Shown here: positions 30,526 through 42,893 of the stretch, piece by piece
How positions within the stretch are numbered: position 1 is the stretch's first letter
Layout of the letters: each line of letters opens with the position of its first letter
NCBI GenBank assembly: GCA_951406725.2
Contig: OX597817.1
Span: forward strand, 62,186,001 to 62,250,000
Direction: 5' to 3'
From: Octopus vulgaris
Taxonomy: Eukaryota
Length of the DNA stretch: 64,000 bases
Program-made: the position numbers and the translations under genes
Notes under the pieces: model-generated
Database searches by the model: none
Seen by the model: only the letters and a program-made list of their open reading frames with translations
What the model was told of the DNA's origin: nothing

Positions 30526-30930
30526 GGCGCAGGAGTGGCTGTGTGGTAAGTAGCTTGCTAACCAGCCACATGGTTCCGGGTTCAGCCCCACTGCGTGGCA
30601 TCTTGGGCAAGTGTCTTCTGCTGTAGCCCCGGGCCGACCAATGCCTTGTGAGTGGATTTGGTAGACAGAAACTGAAAGAAGTCTGTCGTATATATGTATA
30701 TATATATGTATGTGTGTGTTTGTGTGTCTGTGTTTGTCCCCCTAGCATTGCTTGACAACCGATGCTGGTGTGTTTACGTCCCCGTCACCCAGCGGTTCGG
30801 CAAAAGAGACCGATAGAATAAATACTGGGCTTACAAAGAACAAGTCCCGGGGTCGATTGCTTGACTAAAGGCGGTGCTCCAGCATGGCCGCAGTCAAATG
30901 ACTGAAACAAGTAAAAGAGTAAAAGAGTAA
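30526..30930 (+). mobile_element. tRNA-derived SINE family A, near full length
   Basis: ggcgcaggagtggctgtgtgg...gggttcagccc...aaggcggtgctccagcatggccgcagtcaaatgactgaaacaagtaaaagagtaaaagag. Confidence 0.9.
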
Positions 30931-31598
30931 GGTGTGCATGTAGATATGATGAGAGACATACACACACTCACACAAATGTATATGTAACAAAGTATGTGTA
31001 TGTGTACCTGCGCGCGTGCGAGTTAGTTTGTGTGTTTCTCTACAACATATGCGTGCACGCGTGTATGCATACAATGAGTAAGGGATGTCAAGAAACGTAG
31101 AAATGAGCACACCAGTAAACACACACAGGCACACACAAAAAGACGCGCGCGCGAAAATACACACTCACATTATAGTTAACGTTTTACCAGTGTATGTGTG
31201 TATTTATGCATGTATATCTCTTATTATAAAAGGCAGATTTTATCTGCCTCCCTTTGGGAGTTATACAAATCTACAATATAGGATTTCTTCAATTACAATT
31301 TACCTGGCATTTTTAAGAGTACAATGCATCGCGTCATGCCAGGTCCAGTTTTTAAAATTTAAACTCCAATTAAGCAAAATTTACAGAAAACTCACATTCT
31401 GGTGTGTGTGTCAAATGCTTTTCTTAGTCTGGTTTACACCACACGCAAACGCACACACACAGTGGGCAACGAATAAAATGAAACTAATTCACTTACTGTA
31501 GTGAGTGATTCTTTCACTCTGCCTCCCACTTCTTCTTTCCACACATACACACGCAAATATATAAATAAAATTGTAAGCTAACGTGCGTGTGTGTGTGA

Positions 31599-31633
<35 letters not shown>

Positions 31634-31730
31634 TGACGGTGTGTGTGTGTGTGTGTGTGTGCGTGTGCGTGAGTGTGTGACAGGAAAGTTTTTTTAGACG
31701 AATATAACACCTATATCCAAGTAGCAGAAA

Positions 31731-31920
31731 GATAAGACAGTAAGGTGTGATTTGAGGGAGATTTGGCTGCTATTTCTACCATGTCTAGCTGCCATGTAGG
31801 GGTCTCCCTCATAGGCTCATACATACATATATACATAGATAAGACAGTAAGGTGTGATCTGGGGGAAATTTTGCTGCTATTTCTACCAGGTCTAGCTACC
31901 ATGTAGAGGTCCCCCTCAAT
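31731..31920. repeat. Two tandem ~82-bp copies of an interspersed repeat fragment
   Basis: gataagacagtaaggtgtgat(t/c)tg...gctgctatttctacca...catgtag..gtc at 31731 and 31838. Confidence 0.8.
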
Positions 31921-32125
31921 TCTTTTATTCTTCTGCTTTTTCCAGCCATTGCTCTGTGGCCATGCTGGGGCAATGCCTTGAAGAATTGTAGTTTAATGAA
32001 TCAACTCCAGTTTTATTTTTGTAAGCATTGTACTTATTCTATCTGTTTCCTTTGTCAAACCACTAGGTGACAGGGATGTAAACAAACCAACATTCGTTGT
32101 CAAGCAGTGGTGGAGGACAATCACA
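31921..32125 (-). mobile_element. 3' half of SINE family A, reverse orientation
   Basis: tggccatgctggggca...tacttattctatctgtttcctttgtcaaaccactaggtgacagggatgtaaacaaacc...gttgtcaagc. Confidence 0.65.
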
Positions 32126-32217
32126 AGCACAGACACGCACACACACACACATACATGCATACACATATACACACATACATACATATATACATATATATAT
32201 ATGTGTGTATATATATA

Positions 32218-32540
32218 TTGCAGCGTGGAAGGTGTTTGTAAGCCATTTAAGAAACACACAAAAACCGTTACATTCACTTCAACATTTAAATTTAATTTGC
32301 CAAAATATTTTCGTCGCTTTGAGACCGCGACCTGTTCACTGACAAAAATATCGTGCTAACAGGTCGCGGTCTCAAAGCGACGAAAATATTTTGACAAATT
32401 TAATTTAAATGTTGAAGTGAATCTAACGGTTTTTGTGTGTTTCTTAAATGGCTTATAAACACCTTCCACGCTGCAACTGTTTTCGTTCCAGCACACGATC
32501 TCAGATCAAGTCACTTGCTATGCAAGTACATCTCTGTAAC
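32218..32540. mobile_element. Hairpin-shaped Penelope-like terminal-repeat insertion (arms 32218-32336 / 32358-32476) in (TA)n
   Basis: 119-bp arms with about 4 mismatches, a 21-nt loop and a 64-nt one-sided extension; carries a hammerhead motif. Confidence 0.8.
32296..32346 (-). ncRNA. Hammerhead ribozyme motif with G3-C8 swapped core
   Basis: Minus strand TTTGTCA GTGAACA G GTCGC ggtctcaaa GCGAC GAAA ATATTT TGGCAAA: 7-bp stem I, 5-bp stem II, palindromic AATATT helix III. Confidence 0.65.
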
Positions 32541-32636
32541 TATATATATATTTATATATATATATATGTATATTGGTAAAAACAGTAAGATAACAAAAGA
32601 AAGAAAGACACCTCAATATTATGTAAATAGAGGAAA

Positions 32637-33030
32637 TCTTTATATATAAAAGTGAGGTTGTGTGTCTGTCTCCTACGATTTAGATTCCTAACTACTCCCA
32701 CATTTTGCGGTGCAGTTTAACCAAAACCGGGTATCTTATAGTCGTGATTCATATCGAGACCGTCTGGGTATTAGCGCGCGTCTACGATGAGTCTACGATT
32801 TAAAAAAAAATTTACCATCAATTTTTCCCATTTTTAATCCATTTTTGACATATATAAGGGAAGTAACTCTCTAAAATTTATTATTAAATCTCAGAACGTA
32901 AAAAGCTACAGTAACACCCTCCCCCTTTGTGGTTAGCTATATTGAGATGGCTATTATACTTTACATCTCTAAAAATGCTTATATAATTATTTCCCTTACA
33001 AACCCGAGCAACGCCGGGCGATACTGCTAG
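32637..33030 (+). mobile_element. Complete non-autonomous Helitron (~394 bp)
   Basis: A|TCtttatatataaaag 5' end; subterminal hairpin cccgagcaacgccggg (33003-33018); CTAG|T 3' end; inserted between A and T. Confidence 0.85.
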
Positions 33031-33194
33031 TATATATATATATATATATATATTGATGAATACCGATGCATTTATGTGAACGTGTGTATCACTGGTGAGT
33101 GAAAGATGTGGATCTATTAATGTACATCCATCAGATAACTAGGTTATCTATAACTGACATATTGCACTTATTGTTTTCCATTTCTCCTCAAACG

Positions 33195-33269
<75 letters not shown>

Positions 33270-33588
33270 CATACATATATATAAATATACATATGTGGGC
33301 ATGTACGTATGTATACATGTATGTAGTTATGTATGAATTTCTACCCTCAGTTTTATCGAATGCAGGTAAAGCAAACCAACCTATGTTTCATTCGCTACTT
33401 GTGTCCAGTGCGTATGCAACAGAATACATTTTGATTTCTTAGGTTCAAGGCTTTATAGCACGTAATGGCATCCATTTTATTCCGTTTCGTCAGAGGTAAT
33501 ATATGACATAGTATGTTTCTGCATTAGTACCTGTATTCTGTGTATTTACTAGGTATGTATACACGTATGTATGTATTATGTATTGATG

Positions 33589-33622
<34 letters not shown>

Positions 33623-33916
33623 TGTATGTATGTATGTATGTATGTATGTATTTATGTATGTATGTATTGATGGATTGATGCATGTATGCATGTATTTATT
33701 GCTTAATAGTTTCATGGATGTACGTGTGTGTGAGAATGTATGTATTTTATGAGAATATGCATATATATTTGTGTGTGTATATGTGTACATATATATATAT
33801 ATACACACACACATATACATAAACCCTCCTTCTTCCCTTCTTTCCTGAGCGGCCAATAATACTTTATTTGTTCCACATCCTTGCGTTGTTGTTTTTTTGT
33901 TTTCTTGTTTGGATTA

Positions 33917-33967
<51 letters not shown>

Positions 33968-33977
33968 ATAAACATAT

Positions 33978-34027
<50 letters not shown>

Positions 34028-34033
<6 letters not shown>

Positions 34034-34275
34034 GAAATGAGGTACTCAGATGATCGGATGGTTTATATTTACAGATATTTATTTGTATATTACATTTTTT
34101 ATATATATATATCATATCACTTAGATCATTAGCACTTTCTCCCATTCTAATGGGTTTTCAAATCAAACTAAGTTCCTTAGTTTGATTTGAAAACCCCACT
34201 AGAATGGGAGAAAGAGCTAATGATCTAAGTGATATGATAGATATATAAAAAATGTAATATGCAAATAAATATCCG

Positions 34276-34280
<5 letters not shown>
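34028..34280. repeat. Hairpin-shaped insertion (arms 34070-34172 / 34176-34277, 3-nt loop) between (TA)n tracts
   Basis: ...tgggttttcaaatcaaactaag ttc cttagtttgatttgaaaacccc... with arms of about 100 bp and a left-sided extension. Confidence 0.88.
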
Positions 34281-34332
<52 letters not shown>

Positions 34333-34351
34333 GATTGATAGAACGATAGAG

Positions 34352-34411
<60 letters not shown>

Positions 34412-34497
34412 GTGTAAATTGCGATTCTAAGGGTAACAGTTTCCATTCTCGATTAAATTTACTCCGCTTCACGCTGTCGGTATAGTTAGTGAAAGCA

Positions 34498-34713
34498 AGG
34501 CGGCGAACTGGTAGAACTGTTAGCGTACCGGGCGAAATTTTCGGCGGCATTGCGTCTGTCCCTATGTTCTGAGCTCAAATTCCGTCCAAGTCCACTTCGC
34601 CTTTCATCGTTTCTGTGTTGGTAAAATAAGTATCAGTTGAACAAATGAGGTTGATGTAATCAACGTAACCCCTACCTCGAAATCACTGGATTTGTGCCAC
34701 CATTTGAAACAAA
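34498..34713 (+). mobile_element. SINE family B
   Basis: aggcggcgaactggtagaactgttagc...gttctgagctcaaattccg...cctttcatc...taagtatcag. Confidence 0.75.
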
Positions 34714-35192
34714 GACTTTAAATATTTTCCCCACACGTACAATTGATATATTTATTTTCGCATACTTTAACATGTATCCATTCTTTAGTATGGGATTTGA
34801 TGATAAATACAAGCATATACATACGCATATGTGTGTGTAAATATGTATGTGGATGTTTGTGTGTGTTCGTTTGTTCAATTAGAGGGTGTTAGTCGTGACT
34901 TTGTACAAAATGACGTCCACAAAAGCGTAAGTTATGAGAACACGGAACACTTTCAAGATAATCATCTGTTACTATTTGTTGAGACTTTATCTTTTTTCGA
35001 GCAGGTTGATATTACCCATGATGTGACATGTCTTCACGGAAGATTGGAAACAATGAAAACCATCTGTATCAAATTTAAGGCAAGCGTACAGTAAAATAAC
35101 CCCTACTCATACATATACATGTGTGTGTGTGTTTGTGTCTTCGTTTGTGTGTATGTGCGTTTGTAAGAAATCTATTTATATGGGTATAGCTG

Positions 35193-35227
<35 letters not shown>

Positions 35228-35934
35228 GAGACCCGAATTCTCTTTATCTCTTTTATCACAAACATGTGTGTGTGTGTCTGTATGTGCGTTTGTAAAAAAC
35301 GAAATTATTTGCACATTATATACCTGTAATGAATATCGATATAATATATGGATATATAAACCATATGTTATGAAAATGCTTATACATTATGCATACATAT
35401 ATACAACACACGTACAGATATAAGAAACTACAACGTTTGTATATTATACATGTGCGCACACATGTGTGTAATTGTGTGTGTGTGTGTGTGCGTGTGTGTG
35501 TAATTGTGTGTGTAAATAATTTTATGAACATTTGGTATGGAATTCGTTTTATATTGTTGCAGCTGAATATTCAAAAACTTACTCATTCTGCATTTTATTG
35601 TATATTTCATTACATATTTCATCCGGCCTTGTGCCTAAAATTATATATTTGCATATACTTGTATATATTTCATTGCAGATATCAGCTGTTTGAGAGTAAG
35701 ACAGAATATTAAAGTAAGTTTCCAAAATTTTACAAATGTTGAGAATATAATTCTTTTCGAAGAATCTGCCGTCCATAGATAAGTTGCTTGTGTTCGTTGA
35801 AGAACCCCAAATATTTAAATGTTGTGTTGTACAATACAATATACATAGATGCAGGCATGGCTGAGTGATGAAGAAGGTCGGTGTGTAAACACGTAATGCG
35901 CGGTTCAGTCCTACAACGCAACAGCTGAGGTAAG

Positions 35935-36072
35935 TACATTTTTACATTATTTACATTATTTACATTTGACGAATATTTATCCTCATCTTGTTTGTTTTTA
36001 ACAAAACGTTTCGGTTGATACACCATCCAACCTTTATCAGGTGCCTTGGGGAAATTTCGAACCTGGGTTCCA
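35935..36072 (-). mobile_element. Penelope-like terminal-repeat fragment with hammerhead motif (35999-36045)
   Basis: Minus strand GGCAC CTGATAA A GGTTG gatggtgtat CAACC GAAAC GTT TTGTT: one core change (G8 to A), ACGT helix III. Confidence 0.65.
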
Positions 36073-36074
36073 GT

Positions 36075-36620
36075 GAGTATATGGGTTACAGTGTCGAAGA
36101 TTTCTTGAAGACCTTTTCCTCTAATCAAGTACCCAATTCTACCCAGAAAGCTCATTAGTGTGTGAAATCCCATAAGTCTTAAAGTCATCGGATGTAGATC
36201 ATTGTCCTCTCCAGCACGTTCCACACTTATAGTTGCTTTGAACCAAAAGGACTGGTCAAATGTGAGCAGTAGTGCTGCTCCATAAAGATTTGCATGCTCT
36301 GCAAGGAAGTGTACGGTTGAGTTGACATACGTTATGTCAATCGGGTTCATATCAACCAGGGGAAAGAACATGATTGATGACTGTTCTGGGTGGTCTCCGT
36401 TGTTTACTATTTGCAGGTATCCCGACCATGTTGGTCTTGGTAACCGGTGCGACAGAAACGTTTTCCACACGAAGTTTACCTTGGGGCTTTCCCTGTGTTT
36501 GGCTTTCTCTGGTAGAGCTTCACACTTGATATTAGCAAGTTCATCACCAAGTGATATGAATTTATTAATGCTGATGTGTCCTACAGCGGCAATTTCGTCT
36601 GCTGTCACAGAGAGGTATAG
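36075..36620 (-). mobile_element. DNA-transposase fragment, Academ-like
   Basis: PTWSGYLQ...FFPLVDMNPID..YVNSTVHF...LTFDQSFWFKA...LRLMGFHTLMSFLGRIGYLIRGKGLQEIF matches the TFDQPL/RLGGFH..MSFLG..G..M..SGL pattern; superfamily assigned from memory. Confidence 0.55.
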
Positions 36621-36649
36621 AAAATGTAGCAAAATAGCAGGACCTAGCC

Positions 36650-36870
36650 ATTGAATTACAGAGAAAATGCGGGTAAAATGTATCCCAGTAGTTATAGGTG
36701 CATTGAGAACTATCCCTAAAGAATTGAACAGCTCGATAGGGAAAATAGGAAAAAACAGTTCAGTACAGCTCCATGAAACAGTATTATTCGAAACAGCTAG
36801 GATACGCAGGAGGTTTCTTGGCATCTAAGGTTACTTGTTGTAGCCTGACGTTAATCTGTTTTGCGCATAT
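36650..36870 (+). mobile_element. 3' end of an R4/Dong-like retroelement
   Basis: VKCIPVVIGALRTIPKEL...QLHETVLFETARIRRRFLGI* followed by (TAA)n/(CAA)n. Confidence 0.7.
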
Positions 36871-36889
36871 GAATAATAATAATAATAAT

Positions 36890-36925
<36 letters not shown>

Positions 36926-36931
36926 AATAAT

Positions 36932-37472
36932 ACCAGGAAGTGGCTCTCATAGCTTCTGAACTTAACTGATTAGAAGTGTTATCATGTACATTGTTTTGTC
37001 TTGGTATAAAAGATGAGCTACAGCAAATATTCTGCTCAATACCACAAATTTGCTTGTCAGTTGTTTGACCATAACCAGTTGACCATGTCCCTTAGTGGCT
37101 GACGATATGTGCATCTCTGATCACGAGCAGAAGTAGTGGGGGAGCATCATAGCCATGTGTTGAGAGGGATACTTTGGGGTTTGAATGATTCACCTCTGGA
37201 AACATGGGTGTTTCATTCAACGTCCTTAAACAACCCTTATTCAGGGACCTTTTGAGCAGGATGGGTTACTCGACCTGAAGAAAATTCTAAGTGGGCCCCA
37301 CCTGCAAGGTCATGTGCTGTTTATCTTGATATGAGATCACCATGTCGCGCACATATGGTTGTGATGCATGTGCCTAGTGTACCCTTATCAGACGGGTAGT
37401 CATGATGGGTATACTGGGCTTCGTATATTTTACTCCAGTGTCACTTTGATGGCATACACTGCTCTCTCACTC
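36932..37472. repeat. Unclassified ~540-bp insertion bounded by (AAT/AAC)n on both sides
   Basis: GC-richer non-coding block sharply delimited by TAA tracts, inside the R4/Dong cluster. Confidence 0.45.
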
Positions 37473-37539
<67 letters not shown>

Positions 37540-37660
37540 GTAATAATGGAGAACACCGTAGACGTTTAACATGTGAGAGCGATAAAATACTGCTCCGAAA
37601 TCTATCCCAAAACATCGAGAATAAAGACAACAAATGGAGCCTAAAATAACTGACAAAGAT

Positions 37661-37888
37661 TTGGACTATATCCGAGTAAGTAATACTCATTAAAATGTAT
37701 TTCTATTTTCCAAATGAAATGATGTGTTTTAACTGTGTGTCGCTTCCGTCACTCGCACAACACGTGTAAACACACTCGCCACACTGACAAAGCGCTGGAC
37801 TACACCTGAGTAAGTAATACACATTAAACGTGTTGGACTATATCCGAGTAATTACATATTGGACTATATCCGATTAAGTACACATTAC
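37661..37888 (+). repeat. Four copies of a ~25-33-bp motif ttggactatatccgagtaagtaatac
   Basis: Copies at about 37661, 37796, 37833 and 37859. Confidence 0.75.
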
Positions 37889-38066
37889 AAACACGTACGT
37901 ACGTAAACTAATTAATTATGTATACACCCCAGTTTTACACGAACACATTTTAATATTTAAAAAAAAAACTTAAGTAATGTATAAACAAGCGCGCACACAC
38001 ACATAAGTGAGTCGAATAAAAACAAACGACAAAGACTAGTCATTATTGATCACCAACTCATTAAAC

Positions 38067-38127
<61 letters not shown>

Positions 38128-38430
38128 ACTATATTTATTTGTTTATAATTATAGAAGCAGTGCCCTATCAAATTGTATTCGCTAATAGATAAAATCAGAA
38201 GCCTAGTACTAACACCAAAGTGTTAATGACAGTTAGCCAAAACTCATGGCGGATCAGAGGAAATATTAACAATGACAAATAATTAAAAATGAAAATGATA
38301 ATATCAGAGCTGATAATAATAATGGAAGAAAGCTGTTGAATTCTCCTTATTCTTTGATCGATGATACATCTAATGATGGTGTCACAATAAAAACACTGGC
38401 AATTGCGCAACCTGATAATCGCTAATATGA

Positions 38431-39606
38431 GTGACAATGAAAAAACAAAATGTTGTAAATAACGGTGGCAATGAAACTGAAGCCCTTGAGGCTGACAGTG
38501 TTGCACCCGGCAGGCTCAGAGATACTGGTCCGGCTCCAGCCTGTCGCTATCCAGCAATGGACCAGCACACACGGCGTAGATGGAACAAACAAGTCAATGC
38601 TGTGGTCATTGAGTGTTACGACCTGAAGAAACCTGTAGATGAAAATGGTACTCATATTAGGGGATACCGACAACGTATGTATGGTCAATGGAAAGAAAGA
38701 GGATTGTTTCAACTCACGGAACAGAGATTATATGATCAAGCTAGAGCAATAAGTAAAAGTCGTTGCTTCACAGAAGGAGAGCTCGAAGCTATCAAAAGAC
38801 GTGCATCAGAAAACAGCAGTAGAGGAAACGATGAAAATACGGTTCTTACTGACAAAACTAATCTGATAGAAGAAAACAGAGGAGAGATCTCTAATAAACC
38901 ACAGGAAAGGAACAGTGATAAGAGACATTTCATAGAGATGTTGAAGATAAGACAGACAGAGAAAAAAGATGCTTATGGATGTTAAAAGTGATTTAAAACC
39001 GGTAAGGGAGGCTCTAATCTGTGTTGCCCACGAGCCATCATTAAGAGCCAATTACATCAAATACAGAATAGACAACCTATCAAAAAGTGATGAGTGCACA
39101 ATTTGTGAACAAAATGGATGAAACTGTATCGCATATTACTAGTCAATATACGCCACTAGCCCATAAAGATTATAAGAGACGTCCTGATAATGCAAAGATC
39201 CTATGGGATTTAATGATTCAGTGAGACTATGGCATAGAGAATAGGAAACCAGACAGTGTTAATTGAGAAAGAAAGCAAACGATACTGGGCATGGATATAG
39301 CATGCCCAGCTGATAAGGTATGCAATAACAAAGAAAGTCGATAAATATGACAGGTCAGCTTGGGAGGTTAAGCAGTTGTGATCGCTGAAAAAGGTGATAA
39401 TTGTCGGAGCTGTGGGAACAGTGAGTAAAAATCTTGAGAAATACATGGAACAAATAGGGGCTGCATAAAGAGTGGAGCACTTGCAGAAAACAGCACTGCT
39501 TGGAACCGCTCGAATACTCCGGAAGGTGCTCGAAAAATAAGAGTTCACTGGTAGTGAACAGCTGACACCGTAGTACATCTCCAGCCTTAGAAGCTGTACA
39601 AAGGCA
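38431..39606 (+). mobile_element. Internally deleted R4/Dong-like element (N-terminal domain joined to C-terminal CCHC/RLE; RT missing)
   Basis: ORF 38431-38985 RRRWNKQVNAVVIECY...GYRQRM..W...TEQRLYDQARAI...ELEAIKR; from ~38920 degraded C-terminus ending IVGAVGTVSKNLEKYMEQIG...HLQKTALLGTARILRKVLEK*, then (TAA)n. Confidence 0.78.
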
Positions 39607-39830
<224 letters not shown>

Positions 39831-40760
39831 GCAGGAAGTTTTACCAAAAATGGACTTGAGGGCGCTCATGAATTCAGATCACAAATAGCCAACAAAGCAG
39901 AAGAAATCCTACTCCAATGGAATTACATGGCCAGTTTCACCGTGAAACTAGAAAATTAAAAGACCAGGAAGCAGAGCAAGGGCGACCTAAAAAAAAAAAA
40001 CAATACTGAAAACCTAAACATCACTGACCAGGATCTGGGATTGAATACAAACTCAGTGAAAAGATATCATATATACCATACAAGTGCAACGAACATCTGC
40101 CGAATGTGTGTGAAGAAGCTCCAAAGCGTGACTCAAATTGTAAGTGCTTGTGAAAATCTTGCGCAGAAAGAGTACAGGCAGAGACACGACAATGTAGCCG
40201 AAAACCTTCACTGGCTACTATGCTGGAAGTAAGGATACGAGGTAACAGGTGCTTGGTACCCACATACACTATAAAACATAATGGACGAAAAGGAGAAGGC
40301 AAAAATCCTCTGGAACTTTGACCTCAGTCAGACAAGGTGTTAGAGCACGGAAAGCTTAATATAGTATCCTTTAGGAGGGACAATCAAGAGTGCCTGATAA
40401 TCGACGTGTCAGTACCAGGAGGTCAACATATTATCATGAAAGAAGGAGAAAAGATTGTTAAATATGGAGACTGGAGAATTGAGATCGCTAAGATGTGGCA
40501 GCTACGCGAGTCAAACATAAAGGTCGTCCCTGTTGTCATCGACCCTGAAAGAACATCTAGAAACTATAGAAATACTGTACAATCTAGTTCTATTGTAAAA
40601 ATCGGCAGTACTTGCATCTGCACGCATATTGCGCAAAGTAGTCTGTCTGAGGTCCTTGGGATTTGATAGCCAGTACAAACCCCCGGTACATACAATATCT
40701 CCAATCAACAAATATCGCTATATTGGATACTGTGCGATATCTTAAATGATAAAAATAATG
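39831..40760 (+). mobile_element. Degraded 3' portion of an R4/Dong-like element
   Basis: LHGQFHRET, CRMC...QIVSACENLAQKEYRQRHDNVAENLHW, CLIIDVSVPG...KIVKYGDWRIEIAKMW...VVPVVI. Confidence 0.8.
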
Positions 40761-40975
40761 GTTTCACATTTTGCCACAATGACATCAGTTTGGGGGGAAG
40801 GGGGTGACTTGATCACATCGAGCCCAGTGTTCAACTGGTACTTATTTTATTGACCCCGAAAGGGTGAAAGGTAGAGTCGACCTCAGCGGAATTTGAACTC
40901 AGAACGTAGGAGCGGGCGAAATAACGTTAAGCATTTCGTCTGGCGCACTAACGATTCTGCCAGTTCGCCGCCTTA
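40760..40975 (-). mobile_element. SINE family B
   Basis: Reverse complement of aaggcggcgaactggcagaatcgttagtgcgcc...ttctgagttcaaattccgctgaggtcgac. Confidence 0.85.
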
Positions 40976-40984
40976 CAAATACAA

Positions 40985-41029
<45 letters not shown>

Positions 41030-41154
41030 TGATGTGAAAGAACAGGTGGGTAAAGGGCCTTACTGGGGAGCCCCAGGACTAGATGGGTTTCATGGCTTCT
41101 AGCTGAAAAGATGCCACGCAGTGCATGAAAGACTAGCAGAAAGGTACTAGTAGA

Positions 41155-41316
41155 TGATATCGACCCCAGTGTTTCACTGGTACTTAATTTATCGACCCCG
41201 AAAGAATGAAAGGCAAAATCGACCTCAGTGGAATTTGAACTCAGAACGTAAAGGAAGACGAAATGCCGTTAAGCATTTCGCGCGGCATGTTAACGATACT
41301 ACCAGATCGCTGCCTT
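41155..41316 (-). mobile_element. SINE family B, 3'-truncated
   Basis: cgaccccagtg...tcgaccccgaaagaatgaaaggcaaaatcgacctcagtggaatttgaactcagaacg...cgctgcctt. Confidence 0.8.
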
Positions 41317-41326
41317 AATAATAATG

Positions 41327-41357
<31 letters not shown>

Positions 41358-41364
41358 TAATAAT

Positions 41365-41454
<90 letters not shown>

Positions 41455-41486
41455 GATAATAACAATACTGAATAATAATAATAATG

Positions 41487-41571
<85 letters not shown>

Positions 41572-41573
<2 letters not shown>

Positions 41574-42893
41574 GGATACAGAACGACTCTATCTGCCAAG
41601 AAAAGAGGGAGGCCGTGGTCTTTTGCAACTGGCAATAACAATGAAGATTGCTACAATTGGCCTAGACACCTACCTGAAAAACTCTGAGGACTGGATGTTA
41701 AAACTTGTCTCAAAACATAAAAACAAGAAAGCATCATACTCAGTCACAAAACAGGCAAAGGAATATCTAAGTGAATTCCGAATACAACCAATTTCGGAAT
41801 TAGAGATATACATACAAGAAACAAGCACAGAAAAAGCTAGACGCATGAAAACCCGTGCCAAAACTGCGGCCTTAGATATTCTGAATAATAAATGGCAAGA
41901 AAAACCTCTCTATGGTAAATACCCAAAGAGAGCGAATAATGCAGATATTGACAAAGCCCTGACCCATCAATGGCTAATGGCCTCTGACTTAAAATCTGAA
42001 ACAGAGGGGTTTATCATAGCAGCTCAAGATCAATGCCTACCAACAAGAAACTACCAGGCCAACATATTAAAGAACGGCAGTAGCCCAACATGTCGTGTAT
42101 GCCGACATCAAAATGAAACCATTGACCATGTTGTCTCCAAATACAGTCTTCTAGCGCCTACAGAGCACCTCAACAGGCATGATAGAGCTGCACAATATAT
42201 TCACTGGGTAATTTGCAAAAACCTGGATTTGCCCCATGAAAAAAACTGGTGGGAACACAATCCACCTCCAGTGCTTGAAAATGACCACATCTCACTCCTC
42301 TGGAACTTTACCATTCAAACGGACAGGAAGATAGATGCAAATAGGCCAGACATCATATTGAAAGACTTCAGACAAAGAACATGCCTCCTCATTGATATGA
42401 CTGTCCCAATCGATATAAACGTATCTGTCAAGACCTACCAAAAACTGAGCAAATATAAAGATCTTGAAATAGAAATCAGCAAAATGTGGAAGCTGAAGAC
42501 TAAAACAATACCTGTTGTCATAGGTGCCCTGGGAATGATAGCGAAAGGGACTGATTGCTACCTAACTCAGATACCAGGAAACCCCAAAATGGCAGAAATT
42601 CAAAAGATAGTGCTCATGGGAACTGCTCATATCATACGCAAAATACTCTCTATGTAATCCCAAGGTTTAAAACAAACTTTTTTTTTATTTAATTTTTTTT
42701 TTAAAATTTTATTTTTATGTATTAGACATTCACTAGTACAACACCAAAAAGAAGAAAAAAACAAAAAAAAACAAATATATGGCACAGAACTTTCAACCTG
42801 TTGTCTCTTGAGGTCCCTGGGTGAGACTCGGAGCCAACTTGTACAGACATAAAGCAAAAGACAAACATAGAACAATAATAATAATAATAATAA
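41572..42893 (+). mobile_element. Young 5'-truncated R4/Dong-like retroelement; open 344-aa C-terminal ORF (41623-42657) with zinc knuckle and restriction-like endonuclease
   Basis: RLYLPRKEGGRGL, ETEGFIIAAQDQ, CRVC..ETIDHVVS, RHD, NRPDII...LIDMTVP.D...K..KY.DL..EI...W; (TAA)n on both sides. Confidence 0.92.

Noticed and set aside
31216-31460. Helitron-like 5' start (tctcttattataaaagg)
   Set aside because: No 3' hairpin or CTAG terminus found; cannot be supported as an element.
35730-36824. 364-aa ORF as a single gene
   Set aside because: Chance read-through across antisense R4-like sequence, a transposase fragment, a Penelope-like repeat and a SINE head.
37661-37888. CRISPR-like short direct repeats
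   Set aside because: Only four degenerate copies, three essentially tandem without unique spacers; no cas genes; eukaryotic context.
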